Assembly (NCBI GenBank): GCA_002269645.1
Contig: NIVC01005195.1
Span: 1-22,128 of the forward strand
From: Macrostomum lignano
Taxonomy: Eukaryota
DNA: 22,128 bases
Direction of reading: 5' to 3'
Numbering within the stretch: the first letter of the stretch is position 1; each line of letters starts with the position of its first letter. Below, piece by piece: positions 7,985 through 21,140 of the stretch. The notes beneath the pieces were generated by a model. That model worked only from the letters and a program-made list of their open reading frames with translations. It made no database searches and had not been told where the DNA came from. The position numbers and the translations under genes were made by a program.

Positions 7985-8875
7985 AATATATTTTGACATC
8001 CTTACGTCGCAGTTTCTGGTCATATTTTTGTAAATAGCATTTTCAAATTTATATTTGCATTTTAATTTATCTCTTCGTGACATAACTTTTATCTTGATTA
8101 TAACATGATTTATTATTATAACTGTTTTTGAATTTTTGCGCGTAAATTCTTCAGCGATCGAAAATTCTACCTTAATGTCTAATGGAAAAGTACCTACTTA
8201 CAGTAGACAGTATAGAATATTTAGCCAACATTCGATACAAATACTGAAATAGTTATAATTGGTCATCTAATTTTATGTTAGAGATGTTAGAAAATAAAAA
8301 TTGTCCGCTACAGTGATGAAATGACCATACAAAATGTGTATGTGATATTTGTGCTATCATGATAAGTTAATAAGTTAATATTTAAATAAGTCAAATTCTA
8401 CAAAAATCTAAATTTTTCAATTGTACAAAGTTCTTAGAAGTCTTATTTCTTGTCTATCCTAAGCTGTCTATTTCTATCTATCAATTTTATGTTTTCTTTG
8501 TTTGTTTATGCCCGAGCGATTTTTGCGTATGCATTCGATTTGTCTGCATTGCATTTTTTCTCTGCATTATGTGAATTTCGATACATATCGCCTACTCATT
8601 TCTATTAAATTTTGTGGTAAAATTTTGTCATCGTAAAATTTGTCCTAAAAAGTTCTCCATTTTTCGATTTTTTGAGCTAAGAATCTGTATGCACATGTAT
8701 GAATTTATTGTTTCTCACGATAAACCACGAGTATACTGAAATGTTTTTTCTCAAATATTATTATATATGGAATTCTCTTCGAATTTAGTGGCTTTTCTTT
8801 AGTTTCAGCATATTATTTTTAGTATATAGGATTGATACTGTACTAAAACACTATAGATTTTTTAATAATCAATAC

Positions 8876-9015
8876 TCCTATCTCCCTCTCTCTCTAAGTC
8901 TTCTATCTTTCTACTCACTTATCTCCTCTCTCCTCTATCTACTCTTTTACCCCTGTACTCTATTTAATCTCTAATCTCACTAATATCTACTCGACTACTC
9001 TCCCCATCCCATATC
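8876..9015. repeat. CT/CTA-rich low-complexity tract
   Basis: Pyrimidine-rich degenerate (TC)n/(TCTA)n-like sequence. Confidence 0.7.
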
Positions 9016-9442
9016 TACTTAGCCCCAAAATCTGGAATGCGTTGGAGCGACTTAGCAAGATCAGATCAAAAAGATTTTGTCAAGGCAGCCGCCGGATCGC
9101 ATTGGAAGGTCAACAAAGAAGCAAAGCGCGGCCGATAAGAAACTCCGGCGCCCAAACCAGCAAAAATGTCAAACTCGCCGCTGCCAAAACTTTCGCGTCG
9201 GCGATTCGGTTGTAAAAACCGTTGGTTGTGGTTGTAAAAGCTCTCGCCAAGCAACAGGCGCGCACACGATTCCTGTAAAATATACCGTAGATCCAAATAC
9301 CTGCGCCAGGTGAGTGGGGGAACTTTCTCGAAGTCTGCCGACTGCGGCGGGGTTTTAACTTGTATGGCTTTGTGAGCCTTGATCCCTGGCATTTTCTTCG
9401 GGCAAATTTGGGATCCGGGATGCCTGTGAGTCACCCAGCCTG

Positions 9443-9815
<373 letters not shown>

Positions 9816-10486
9816 ATAATGGTGGAATGGGAGACAAAGGTGGCAGTGCAGAGAATCAGAAGCTCCCCTCTTTATTCACGCATCCCTTTAGCACCCTCGC
9901 GACCCCGCCTGCCCTTTGCAAGAAGGCTAATTAGATCGCCACCCCTCTCCAGAGTCTCCGGGGCTTCCTTCGATATGCAGGGCGGGTTTAGCCAGTGCAA
10001 ACTGCGAATGGAGGCCGCACCCTTATGGCACGGTTTGATATTGAAAACTGGGGCCTTGTGGAAGCGTGGCAGGCCAGGCTGCGCTGTCTGGGCTGATGGG
10101 GATTGCGGGGACATAAAAATTCAGAACGCTCCGGGATTCAAACAAAGGTTGGTCGGGTTTAAGAGGCTTCTGGAGCCTCTGGGAAACTGAGCTTTGGATA
10201 GGGGTACAGGAAGGGGTGGAAGTGGTAGGGGATTCGAAGGAATCGCTGGAATCAGTCAGTAGATAGCAATAAAACTCGACTTCTGTAGGCTTAAACAGAA
10301 GGAAGAAGCCAAGGTTATCCCCACCTAACAGGGCCTCGATCTGGATAAGTCTGGAGTCCTTGCTGGATTTCTAGACAAATTTTAATTCAAAATTTTGCAA
10401 ATGCTTCATATAATAGTAGTGGCTCCAGCTAGCTAGAAATACATGTGATATGTTAAGTACTCACCCACCCAAAGTGCCCACTTTGG

Positions 10487-13400
10487 AGGACAGAGTGTGC
10501 CCCCCAAAGACAGTCAATGTGCCCCCCCTTAAGGACAGTCAGTGTGCCCCCCAAAGACAGTCAGTGCCCCCCCCAAAGACAGTTAGTGCCCCCCCAAAGA
10601 CAGTCAGTGCCCCCCAAAGACAGTCAGTGCCCCCCCCAAAGACAGTTAGTGCCCCCCCAAAGACAGTCAGTGCCCCCCAAAGACAGTCAGTGCCCCCCCG
10701 AAAGACAGTCAGTGCCCCCCCAAAGACAGTCAGTGTGCCCCCTCAAAGACAGTCAGTGCCCCCCCCAAAGACAGTCAGTGTGCCCCCTCAAAGACAGTCA
10801 GTGCCCCCCCCCAAAGACAGTCAGTGCCCCCCCCAAAGGCAGTCAGTGTGCCCCCCTCAAAGACAGTCAGTGCCCCCCCCAAAGACAGTCAGTGCCCCCC
10901 AAAGGCAGTCAGTGTACCCCCCCCCCCAAAGACAGTCGGTGTGCCCCCCCCCCAAAGACAGTCGGTGTGCCCCCCCCAAAGACAGTCGGTGTGCCCCCCC
11001 CCAAAGACAGTCGGTGTGCCCCCCCCCAAAGACAGTCGGTGTGCCCCCCCCCAAAGACAGTCGGTGTGCCCCCCCCCAAAGACAGTCGGTGTGCCCCCCC
11101 CCAAAGACAGTCGGTGTGCCCCCCCCCAAAGACAGTCGGTGTGCCTCCCCCCCCCAAAGACAGTCGGTGTGCCCCCCCCCAAAGACAGTCGGTGTGCCCC
11201 CCCCCAAAGACAGTCGGTGTGCCCCCCCCAAAGACAGTCGGTGTGCCCCCCCCAAAGACAGTCGGTGTGCCTCCCCCCCCAAAGACAGTCGGTGTGCCCC
11301 CCCCAAAGACAGTCGGTGTGCCCCCCCCCAAAGACAGTCGGTGTGCCCCCCCCCAAAGACAGTCGGTGTGCCCCCCCCCCAAAGACAGTCGGTGTGCCCC
11401 CCCCCTCAAAGACAGTCGTGTGCCCCCTCAAAGACAGTCGGTGTGCCCCCCCCCAAAGACAGTCGGTGTGCCCCCCAAAGACAGTCGGTGCCCCCCCCAA
11501 AGACAGTCGGTGTGCCCCCCCCAAAGACAGTCGTGTGCCCCCCCAAAGACAGTCGTGTGCCCCCCCCAAAGACAGTCGTGCCCCCCAAAGACAGTCGTGT
11601 GCCCCCCCCCCAAAGACAGTCGGTGTGCCCCCCCCCAAAGACAGTCGGTGTGCCCCCCCCAAAGACAGTCGGTGTGCCCCCCCCAAAGACAGTCGGTGTG
11701 CCCCCCCCCAAAGACAGTCGGTGTGCCCCCCCCCAAAGACAGTCGGTGTGCCCCCCCCCAAAGACAGTCGGTGTGCCCCCCCCCAAAGACAGTCGGTGTG
11801 CCCCCCCCCAAAGACAGTCGGTGTGCCCCCCCCCCAAAGACAGTCGGTGTGCCCCCCCCCAAAGACAGTCGGTGTGCCCCCCCCCAAAGACAGTCGGTGT
11901 GCCCCCCCCCAAAGACAGTCGGTGTGCCCCCCCCAAAGACAGTCGGTGTGCCCCCCCCCAAAGACAGTCGGTGTGCCCCCCCCAAAGACAGTCGGTGTGC
12001 CCCCCCCCAAAGACAGTCGGTGTGCCCCCCCCAAAGACAGTCGGTGTGCCCCCCCCCAAAGACAGTCGGTGTGCCCCCCCCCAAAGACAGTCGGTGTGCC
12101 CCCCCCCAAAGACAGTCGGTGTGCCCCCCCCCAAAGACAGTCGGTGTGCCCCCCCCCAAAGACAGTCGGTGTGCCCCCCCCCAAAGACAGTCGGTGTGCC
12201 CCCCCCAAAGACAGTCGGTGTGCCCCCCCCAAAGACAGTCGGTGTGCCCCCCCCAAAGACAGTCGGTGTGCCCCCCCCAAAGACAGTCGGTGTGCCCCCC
12301 CCCAAAGACAGTCGGTGTGCCCCCCCCCAAAGACAGTCGGTGTGCCCCCCCCCAAAGACAGTCGGTGTGCCCCCCCCCAAAGACAGTCGGTGTGCCCCCC
12401 CCCAAAGACAGTCGGTGTGCCCCCCCCCCAAAGACAGTCGGTGTGCCCCCCCCCAAAGACAGTCGGTGTGCCCCCCCCAAAGACAGTCGGTGTGCCCCCC
12501 CCAAAGACAGTCGGTGTGCCCCCCCCCAAAGACAGTCGGTGTGCCCCCCCCAAAGACAGTCGGTGTGCCCCCCCCAAAGACAGTCGGTGTGCCCCCCCCA
12601 AAGACAGTCGGTGTGCCCCCCCCAAAGACAGTCGGTGTGCCCCCCCCAAAGACAGTCGGTGTGCCCCCCCCAAAGACAGTCGGTGTGCCCCCCCCCAAAG
12701 ACAGTCGGTGTGCCCCCCCCAAAGACAGTCGGTGTGCCCCCCCCCAAAGACAGTCGGTGTGCCCCCCCCAAAGACAGTCGGTGTGCCCCCCCCCAAAGAC
12801 AGTCGGTGTGCCCCCCCCAAAGACAGTCGGTGTGCCCCCCCCCAAAGACAGTCGGTGTGCCCCCCCCCAAAGACAGTCGGTGTGCCCCCCCCCAAAGACA
12901 GTCGGTGTGCCCCCCCCCAAAGACAGTCGGTGTGCCCCCCCCAAAGACAGTCGGTGTGCCCCCCCCAAAGACAGTCGGTGTGCCCCCCCCAAAGACAGTC
13001 GGTGTGCCCCCCCCCAAAGACAGTCGGTGTGCCCCCCCCCAAAGACAGTCGGTGTGCCCCCCCCCAAAGACAGTCGGTGTGCCCCCCCCAAAGACAGTCG
13101 GTGTGCCCCCCCCCCAAAGACAGTCGGTGTGCCCCCCCCCAAAGACAGTCGGTGTGCCCCCCCCAAAGACAGTCGGTGTGCCCCCCCCCAAAGACAGTCG
13201 GTGTGCCCCCCCCAAAGACAGTCGGTGTGCCCCCCCCAAAGACAGTCGGTGTGCCCCCCCCAAAGACAGTCGGTGTGCCCCCCCAAAGACAGTCGGTGTG
13301 CCCCCCCCAAAGACAGTCGGTGTGCCCCCCCCCAAAGACAGTCGGTGTGCCCCCCCCAAAGACAGTCGGTGTGCCCCCCCCAAAGACAGTCGGTGTGCCC

Positions 13401-14885
13401 CCCCCAAAGACAGTCGGTGTGCCCCCCCCAAAGACAGTCGGTGTGCCCCCCCCAAAGACAGTCGGTGTGCCCCCCCCAAAGACAGTCGGTGTGCCCCCCC
13501 CAAAGACAGTCGGTGTGCCCCCCCCCAAAGACAGTCGGTGTGCCCCCCCCAAAGACAGTCGGTGTGCCCCCCCAAAGACAGTCGGTGTGCCCCCCCCAAA
13601 GACAGTCGGTGTGCCCCCCCCAAAGACAGTCGGTGTGCCCCCCCCAAAGACAGTCGGTGTGCCCCCCCAAAGACAGTCGGTGTGCCCCCCCCAAAGACAG
13701 TCGGTGTGCCCCCCCCAAAGACAGTCGGTGTGCCCCCCCCAAAGACAGTCGGTGTGCCCCCCCCAAAGACAGTCGGTGTGCCCCCCCCAAAGACAGTCGG
13801 TGTGCCCCCCCCCAAAGACAGTCGGTGTGCCCCCCCCAAAGACAGTCGGTGTGCCCCCCCCAAAGACAGTCGGTGTGCCCCCCCCCAAAGACAGTCGGTG
13901 TGCCCCCCCCAAAGACAGTCGGTGTGCCCCCCCCAAAGACAGTCGGTGTGCCCCCCCCAAAGACAGTCGGTGTGCCCCCCCCAAAGACAGTCGGTGTGCC
14001 CCCCCCAAAGACAGTCGGTGTGCCCCCCCCCAAAGACAGTCGGTGTGCCCCCCCAAAGACAGTCGGTGTGCCCCCCCCAAAGACAGTCGGTGTGCCCCCC
14101 CCAAAGACAGTCGGTGTGCCCCCCCCAAAGACAGTCGGTGTGCCCCCCCCAAAGACAGTCGGTGTGCCCCCCCCAAAGACAGTCGGTGTGCCCCCCCAAA
14201 GACAGTCGGTGTGCCCCCCCCAAAGACAGTCGGTGTGCCCCCCCCAAAGACAGTCGGTGTGCCCCCCCCAAAGACAGTCGGTGTGCCCCCCCCAAAGACA
14301 GTCGGTGTGCCCCCCCAAAGACAGTCGGTGTGCCCCCCCCAAAGACAGTCGGTGTGCCCCCCCCAAAGACAGTCGGTGTGCCCCCCCCAAAGACAGTCGG
14401 TGTGCCCCCCCCAAAGACAGTCGGTGTGCCCCCCCCAAAGACAGTCGGTGTGCCCCCCCAAAGACAGTCGGTGTGCCCCCCCCAAAGACAGTCGGTGTGC
14501 CCCCCCCAAAGACAGTCGGTGTGCCCCCCCCAAAGACAGTCGGTGTGCCCCCCCCAAAGACAGTCGGTGTGCCCCCCCAAAGACAGTCGGTGTGCCCCCC
14601 CAAAGACAGTCGGTGTGCCCCCCCCAAAGACAGTCGGTGTGCCCCCCCAAAGACAGTCGGTGTGCCCCCCCCAAAGACAGTCGGTGTGCCCCCCCCAAAG
14701 ACAGTCGGTGTGCCCCCCCCAAAGACAGTCGGTGTGCCCCCCCCAAAGACAGTCGGTGTGCCCCCCCCAAAGACAGTCGGTGTGCCCCCCCCAAAGACAG
14801 TCGGTGTGCCCCCCCCAGTCGGTGTGCCCCCCCCCAAAAGACAGTCGGTGTGCCCCCCCCAAAGACAGTCGGTGTGCCCCCCCAA
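10487..14885. repeat. Satellite array, unit AAAGACAGTCGGTGTG-(C)7-10 (~24 bp), ~180 copies
   Basis: Continuous head-to-tail array. The variant AAAGACAGTCAGTG(TG)-(C)n occupies the left ~430 bp. The unit has no stop codon on either strand, which explains the >1000-aa ORFs. Confidence 0.99.
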
Positions 14886-15573
14886 CACGCCAGTCGCCAA
14901 TACACGCTCGTCATTTCAATGAATTCGAAAGAGCTCCATATTTTATTTTCGATTAAATTCGCTCATGTCTATGATTGTAAATTGGGCGATTCAGGATAGA
15001 TCTGATATAATATCTGTCTCTAGTGGTCAGATTTGGGGTTCCAGAAGTCCATGGCCAAGCCCTAGTCAGTTACTAGGGCCAGGCAGAGTCATTTATCACA
15101 CTCAGAGAAGTTCGGGTTTTGGGGTTTTGGGAAAGGGGGAGATATGGAGGTTGAGGATGCGGTGGCGGTTGGAAGTGGTCCTCGTGATGTGGAAAAATAA
15201 GTTAAAGAACAGCCACCACAGGCCTCAGATTGGGGGCTCCGCGGCACCAACAACCCCCACCACCCCACCCCGTCTTTCTTCTTTTCCCTCTGTCCGATGC
15301 CACCCTCCGCTCGCTGTTTGGTGGGGGCCAATCCCAGACCGCGAGCGCACTGCAGTTGCGGTCTAAAAATAGCCCGGGCGGTCATCGGTACAAATTTAGC
15401 AGTCACCACCAAACGCTTTTCAAATCCAAGCGCAAGCCCCGAGAGCACCACTGACTGAATGAAGACATTGGTGCATGGCTCATGGTGTAGCAGCAGTTCG
15501 CTAAGCTTTTGTTTGTTCATTCTTATTATTTAAGCTAGAATAGAAAAAATAAAGGCCGCAAATCCAGCTTCCG

Positions 15574-15940
15574 ATGGCACCCAGAATGGCAGCGACAGCA
15601 TCGACGAAGAGTAGCAGCCTCGGTTTCGGCGGGATCGACACGAACTCGCACGAGGAGGTTCTGATGCTGCTAGTGAAGGTGAACCTGTGCATGACCGCGC
15701 TGGCGCTGGGTGTCTTGCTGTTCCTGCTCGGCGGCAAGCTCCGGCGATGGCGCTCGTCAAGGGCCGACAGGCGAGCCGTCAACTTCAGCCGCCGCGGAGG
15801 CGACGGCGGCAGCTGGGAGAGCGTCGCCAAGAAGGCCGCGGGCAGCGGTTCGGAGCGGTGGAGGGCTTGGAGAGAACGTCTGGCTGCCACTGCTAGAACC
15901 TTCAGCAAGCAGGCCAAGAAGGAGAGAGACCTGGAGAGAG
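15574..15940 (+). CDS. Orphan single-pass membrane protein, first coding exon (short N-terminus, TM ~VLMLLVKVNLCMTALALGVLLFLLGG, basic juxtamembrane KLRRWR)
   Basis: ccgATGG start with an in-frame TAA just upstream, acceptor ttcttattatttaag| at 15534, GC3-rich codons, and a strong phase-1 donor G|gtgagt at 15940/15941. Confidence 0.75.
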
Positions 15941-18738
15941 GTGAGTGCTCGTTTTCATTGACAAGTCGGGCGGTGATGGGTATTTTCAAGTTGCAGTAAA
16001 AGAAAGTCAAGTCTATGACCTCTGAAGTCAGTCACTGAAGTAGTCCTTGAGTCAAGTATAAGTGTAAGTGTGAAGGTTGACCATCAGTCAAATTGCATGT
16101 AATTGGTTGTTCCTTAAGTTTAAGTCGGATATCGACTTAGTGTCGTAGTGCAGGATTTCAGATTTGGATAGATGAAAAATATTGTGTTATAGTTTTATTA
16201 TCATTTTCCCTTTTCAAAGAAAAGCTAGAATTTTCAGACTTGATTTTAATTTCGAACGCATATAGCCCCCCCCCCCCCCAGAGTTTAAAGAGTGCAAATG
16301 AAACCCTTGAAGTGGAAGCTGATGTGGTGACGACACTTTTGAGTTGTAAAGTAATTTAAAGATCCGGTGAAACTTCACTCCACGCCCCTATATCTTCTAT
16401 ATACGAGTATCTTCGTCGTTTAGAAAAAGAAATAATGCTTTAGAGCGAAAGAGGAAATCAGGGGCAACGCGCAGGGGATATGCAGGCTGGGTGGGGATTG
16501 TTTTACTTTTATGCCTATCTGTGTGCTTTTTCAAAAGTAAGGATTTTTACGACGGTTTTGGTATGGTTTGGTTGGTTGACCAAATTTGGACTCTGGGGCG
16601 GCAGATTTTACAACCTTTTCCCTCCGGTTGTCACCCACAAGAATTCTCCTCATTCCCCAGTAGCAGCAGTCAGATGCTGTCTAATGCTGTCTTTTACACA
16701 CATTTTTCTCCATCAAATTTGACACCCTGGACAAAGTGACAAGGTTCTAAAAATGAGGATTACGAGGCAATAATTATTAAGCTATAGTATCAATAGTTTC
16801 TGCTAGGCAGGGCAGCTAGGACTGAACCACCATAGCAACCAGCTCATGTTCCCCCTGATACTTACCTCCGTCACCTCCAGTTGTAAACCTGTAACAGCTG
16901 TACAATTATATCTTAGATGTGATATAACTTGGTTTCCATTCGCATATTAACAGATTGGAATCTGCATTCAATCCCCGATGGAACAGTGCGCGACTTGCAC
17001 TAAAGCAGCATATAGGAAAATTAAAGTTGCCTGGGCTCCAATGCGGATGCGATGCAATTTATCTTGCCTCCGGGGTCCTGCAGACAGAGCCAAGCAGAAC
17101 CAAATTAGCTTTCATGTCGAGCTGATAAATTACTAAAGCAAGCAGCAGCAGCAGGTCTCTGTCTGAGGGACCGAAAGCATTCTAAAGATATAATATTCCC
17201 AATTTCTCCACCCTGTGAAAAAACCCTAGGCCTAAAAATTCATATTTACCCCATTCCGCTGGCGTTTCACTGCACAACTCTCTCCCAATGGGATTTGCGC
17301 GGTGCCTGCGTTGAAGAAGAAAATTGGGAGCTGCTGCTGCTGCTGGGCGCGTGACAACCCAGACAGGGTGGGGGGTGGGGCGGCCTTGTGATTGAAGACT
17401 CGCATGCAGGCGAAACGCGCGCAGGCTGCAGGCCTCTTGGGGTCAGTGAGGACGCGGTTATACTATACGCGAGTCCTTTCATATGCAAATTTAATCATAC
17501 TGGCATCAAGAATTGCACTGCACTTGACTCTCTCTCTCTAACCCTGTCTATCTGAGTCCCAGTGTCTGCGTCAACACATGTACACCTGTCTCACTTTGTT
17601 TCCGCTGAATAATGATTTTGATAAGCATTGGTTTATCTGCATGCAGTCAGCTCACACCTATACAACAGATTAAGGACTCCAGGTTTCACTCTCAGTCTCT
17701 GCAGCCTCCATAAAGGCTATTTTTATATTCACCATCATACTCCTCCATCCACTGTATTCAATTTCTGCTATAGAGAAGTGTTAGCCAAGTCAGAGTTAGC
17801 TAAATTGCTTGTAAGGCAATAAAACACGGTCCCCTATATAGATTGAATGCCGGGCTAGAGAGAGAGGCCTTTGTGAAGCCAGCGCAAGCAGCTGCACATA
17901 GCACATATTTGGTCATAATAACGTCGTCAGTCAGTCAGTCAGGCTTTCTGCTATTTGGTTAGTTAGCCATATCTTACGAGCTATATCGGGCTTCCCTTCC
18001 CAATGTCCAGCCCTTATGTACACTCGTAGAAATGACTCGTTTGAGCTGCAGCTCAGCAGAGCAGATGTTGCAGCGCAGTGAGGCAGAGAAGCCAGCAGGA
18101 CCCAGTTGCTGCACTGCTCTGTTTTTGGTAGTTTCGTTGGAGGGTGGTGGGGCTTTTTGGGGCCATAAAACCTCCCCGCTGACCAGCTCCAAGCCCATGG
18201 CTATAGAATTTGGTCTTATGAGTGAGTTCTCAGAGCGGCAGTCAGTTGGCCTGGACCGCGCGCGGGCTGCAACGTTCTCACGCAGCCTCCGATGCGATGC
18301 AGGCGCGAGGGTGCCAGCGAGTTGGGTTGAACGATAAAAACATTTTGAATCTGCTGAAGCCTGCAGCTGGAGGTGGATGAGGTTGGAAAATTTTTATGTT
18401 CTCGTGACTTTCCGCTATGGCTCAGGCACGCGCTATGCTAGTCGCTGCAGGAGCAGGGAATGGTCGCCAGAATACCACCTAGAGGAGTCAACTCAGACCA
18501 TCTCATCTTATAAGCAGAATCAAGTAGTCATTAAACCTGTAAAGGATTAAGAAACCCCAACTCGCTGAATTTCATGCCCGTATTTTAGGCGTATTGAAAT
18601 TGTGGGTTTAAGAAAAGCCATGATTTAATCACCGGAACCCAGTAACGCCATGTGATGTCATGATGATAGTACTAAATTGTTCGTACAAAACAAATTTAAC
18701 TAGGAGAGTAATATTCAATTCGATCTCATTCTACACAG

Positions 18739-18902
18739 AGTTGTCCGACTTTGAAGCGTCACCTCTGCCAGCGGCCGCGTCAGCGCCGGCGACAAACGCA
18801 CCCGCATCCGTGACGCACTTTCACTGGTCGCCCGCGCCGGCCCGCGCAACAGCCATGGCAGCTTCGCCGCCGTCCCCTCCGCCATCGCCGATTATTGAGC
18901 AT

Positions 18903-18933
<31 letters not shown>

Positions 18934-19256
18934 CGTTGTGGCAGCAACAGCGCCAACGAGCACCGCATCAGCGGCATCAACATCAGCTGTCAGCTGCTGG
19001 CACGGACACGGTCACAACGTCCAGCTCGTCCGGAGGCAGCGTGCTCTCGCTGGGTGCCGCCTCGGCAGCTTCCTCGGCCGCTCTACTCACCTGCCGTTGC
19101 CTGAACGCGGACCTGCGGTTGCACAACACGCCGGCATCCAGCGAGTTCTCGCTGCCCGCGGCCGACCTGCAGCAGCCGGGGCCGTCGCTACAGCACCCGA
19201 CAACGCCACAGACGCCAATTAGCGGTGAAAGCGTCATTACCGACAGCAGCTGCTGA
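18739..19256 (+). CDS. Orphan single-pass membrane protein, last coding exon (low-complexity Ala/Pro/Ser, poly-His/Gln tail)
   Basis: The acceptor ctcattctacacag|AG is phase 1 and joins in frame (...ERDLER-E-LSDFEASP...). The exon is open for 172 codons to TGA. The joined protein is 294 aa. An intervening exon cannot be excluded. Confidence 0.7.
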
Positions 19257-20453
19257 TCCGGCGCAGCAACTTTGTAAATAGTTTCGTTTTGCTCATGATG
19301 AGATTTATTGATGTATAGCTTAACTACATGCTGGATAAAGCAATTTCCAAGAACATGAGCCGCGATTGTAGGCCAACAAATTTTTGCTACCATGCGCTCG
19401 TATCACTACTTAGTCCCTTGAGAGGCATATGACTGAGAGAATTTAAGCTATTAACTTTCTTATATAAACCGATGATAGATTTACATATATATAGATAATC
19501 TAAATTTAGAATTGTCTTCTTTACGCTGTTAAAGACAAATTATTAAAGACATTTTCAAACGTACATCACTTATTAAAGATTACTTTCTTATCACCAGTCT
19601 ACTGTGTAATGGTAACAGTTTATTTATTCACCTCTGCAATTCGAGGTCATGTCTCGAAATAGTCTACTACGAAAGACACGTGTTTTTCTTGTTAATGTCC
19701 AAGAAGCAGCTGACTTGCACCGCTCGACATCGTCACCTGGAGCTCAGGCTCACAGGGTGCGACTTTGTACACAATTCATGAAAAATTGAAAAGTCAATCC
19801 GTTACACCGAACTGGTGTTCCATATTTCCACATGCTTTTTAGTTTTTTTATTATTTTTATCTTGAAAAGAAAAACGCGGACCCGGTCTATACTGAGAAAT
19901 CACTTTAAATGCATATGCTGCTCTGTCATTGATTTTTTGTAAATATAGCTTGTAAATGCTTCAATGATTAACTATTATGCTGCGACTTATTACTAAATTG
20001 GCATTCATTGTTCAACATGACCTTAGCAACCATTTATTTAGCTAATTACAGCGTTTGCCTAGATCCAAACGAAGATTCGCCGAAATAGTTTTCTCACTAC
20101 TGTCACAGTCCCCATTTGTGCAGAAAAGAATGTTCCTTGTTGCATGCGTACACGCGTGCACTTGCAGTCGAGAACTCTCATACCATTTAACAAAAGCAAA
20201 ATGTACCTATTTGTACACGAGGCCAGAGAAATCGTGTGCAAATTTGTTTTTGATGATGAGAATATGGTAGACCATCGACATCACGTGACATCATTACTAA
20301 TCTACATTTAAAGCCCTATACAGAATTGCAGGCTTCATTTTACAGCTATAATAAGTGCTAATAATTTAGCCGAGACCCTTCAAACTTCCCTACAATAAAA
20401 ATTCACACATTTCAATTTGGCAGAGTTATATACTATAGCAGATTTATATAACC

Positions 20454-20550
20454 ATGGCAGATGAAGGCTTACTGCTGGTGTGTCCCGAGCAACAGGTGCC
20501 ACCGAATGTTGCTCAAATCCACAGCGTCGTTGCAGTGAGTCCACCGAATG
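20454..20550 (+). CDS. Possible first coding exon of a gene continuing beyond the window (MADEGLLLVCPEQQVPPNVAQIHSVVAVSPPN..)
   Basis: Strong accATGG context and a donor G|gtgagt at 20551 (alternative donor at 20535). ATCACGTGAC lies ~170 nt upstream. I could not identify a downstream exon. Confidence 0.35.
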
Positions 20551-20654
20551 GTGAGTCCAGTACCTGTACCTGTGAATCCTCTGATGAAGATGGTACTGTA
20601 AATGTACACTCGGAACTCACTGACGAGTTACGAGTCACCTTACTCACTATATAG

Positions 20655-21140
20655 AGAATCTTAAACCATGAGATACCACCAAAGTCCAGAATCTCACATG
20701 GCATATATCTACAGTAGCAGTTACAGATGCACAGATTAGCTTTCGAGAATCTCACACCAAAGAGACCTTAACCGCTTGAGAATCTCACACCAATAAAATC
20801 TCACAGACTTGAGAATCTCACCAATGAGATCTCACTCTCTTTAAAATCTCACACCAATGAGACCTTAATCACCTGAGAATCTCACACTATAAGATCTCAA
20901 ATCAATCAAGAATCTCACACCAAGAGATCTCAATCACTTTAGAATCTGACACTAATGAGTTCTCACTGACTAGAGAATCTCACACTAATGAGACCTCACT
21001 CACTAGAGAATCTCACACCATTAGATAACAATCAAGTGAATTGAGAACATCACAGCATGTGATCTCGATCACTTAAAAATCTCAGTAGCTATGAGATGAG
21101 ATCTCTATTCTTAACCACTTGGGAATCTCACACCATATGA
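20655..21140. repeat. Degenerate minisatellite built on GAGAATCTCACAC / TGAGATCTCA motifs
   Basis: More than 15 recurrences of GAGAATCTCAC-like words at ~20-45 bp spacing. Confidence 0.85.

Noticed and set aside
10487-14885. CRISPR-like array
   Set aside because: There are no unique spacers (only poly-C between cores), no cas genes, and the context is eukaryotic.
10450-14999. Six or more ORFs of 1100-1500 aa (PPPKTVGV / GGAHRLSL repeats)
   Set aside because: The 24-bp unit has no stop codon in any frame on either strand, and variable C-runs constantly swap frames. No single frame is preserved, so these are artefacts.
16480-18337. Short ORFs inside the intron of the membrane-protein gene
   Set aside because: They show no homology cues, consistent codon bias or phase-compatible splice sites that I could support.
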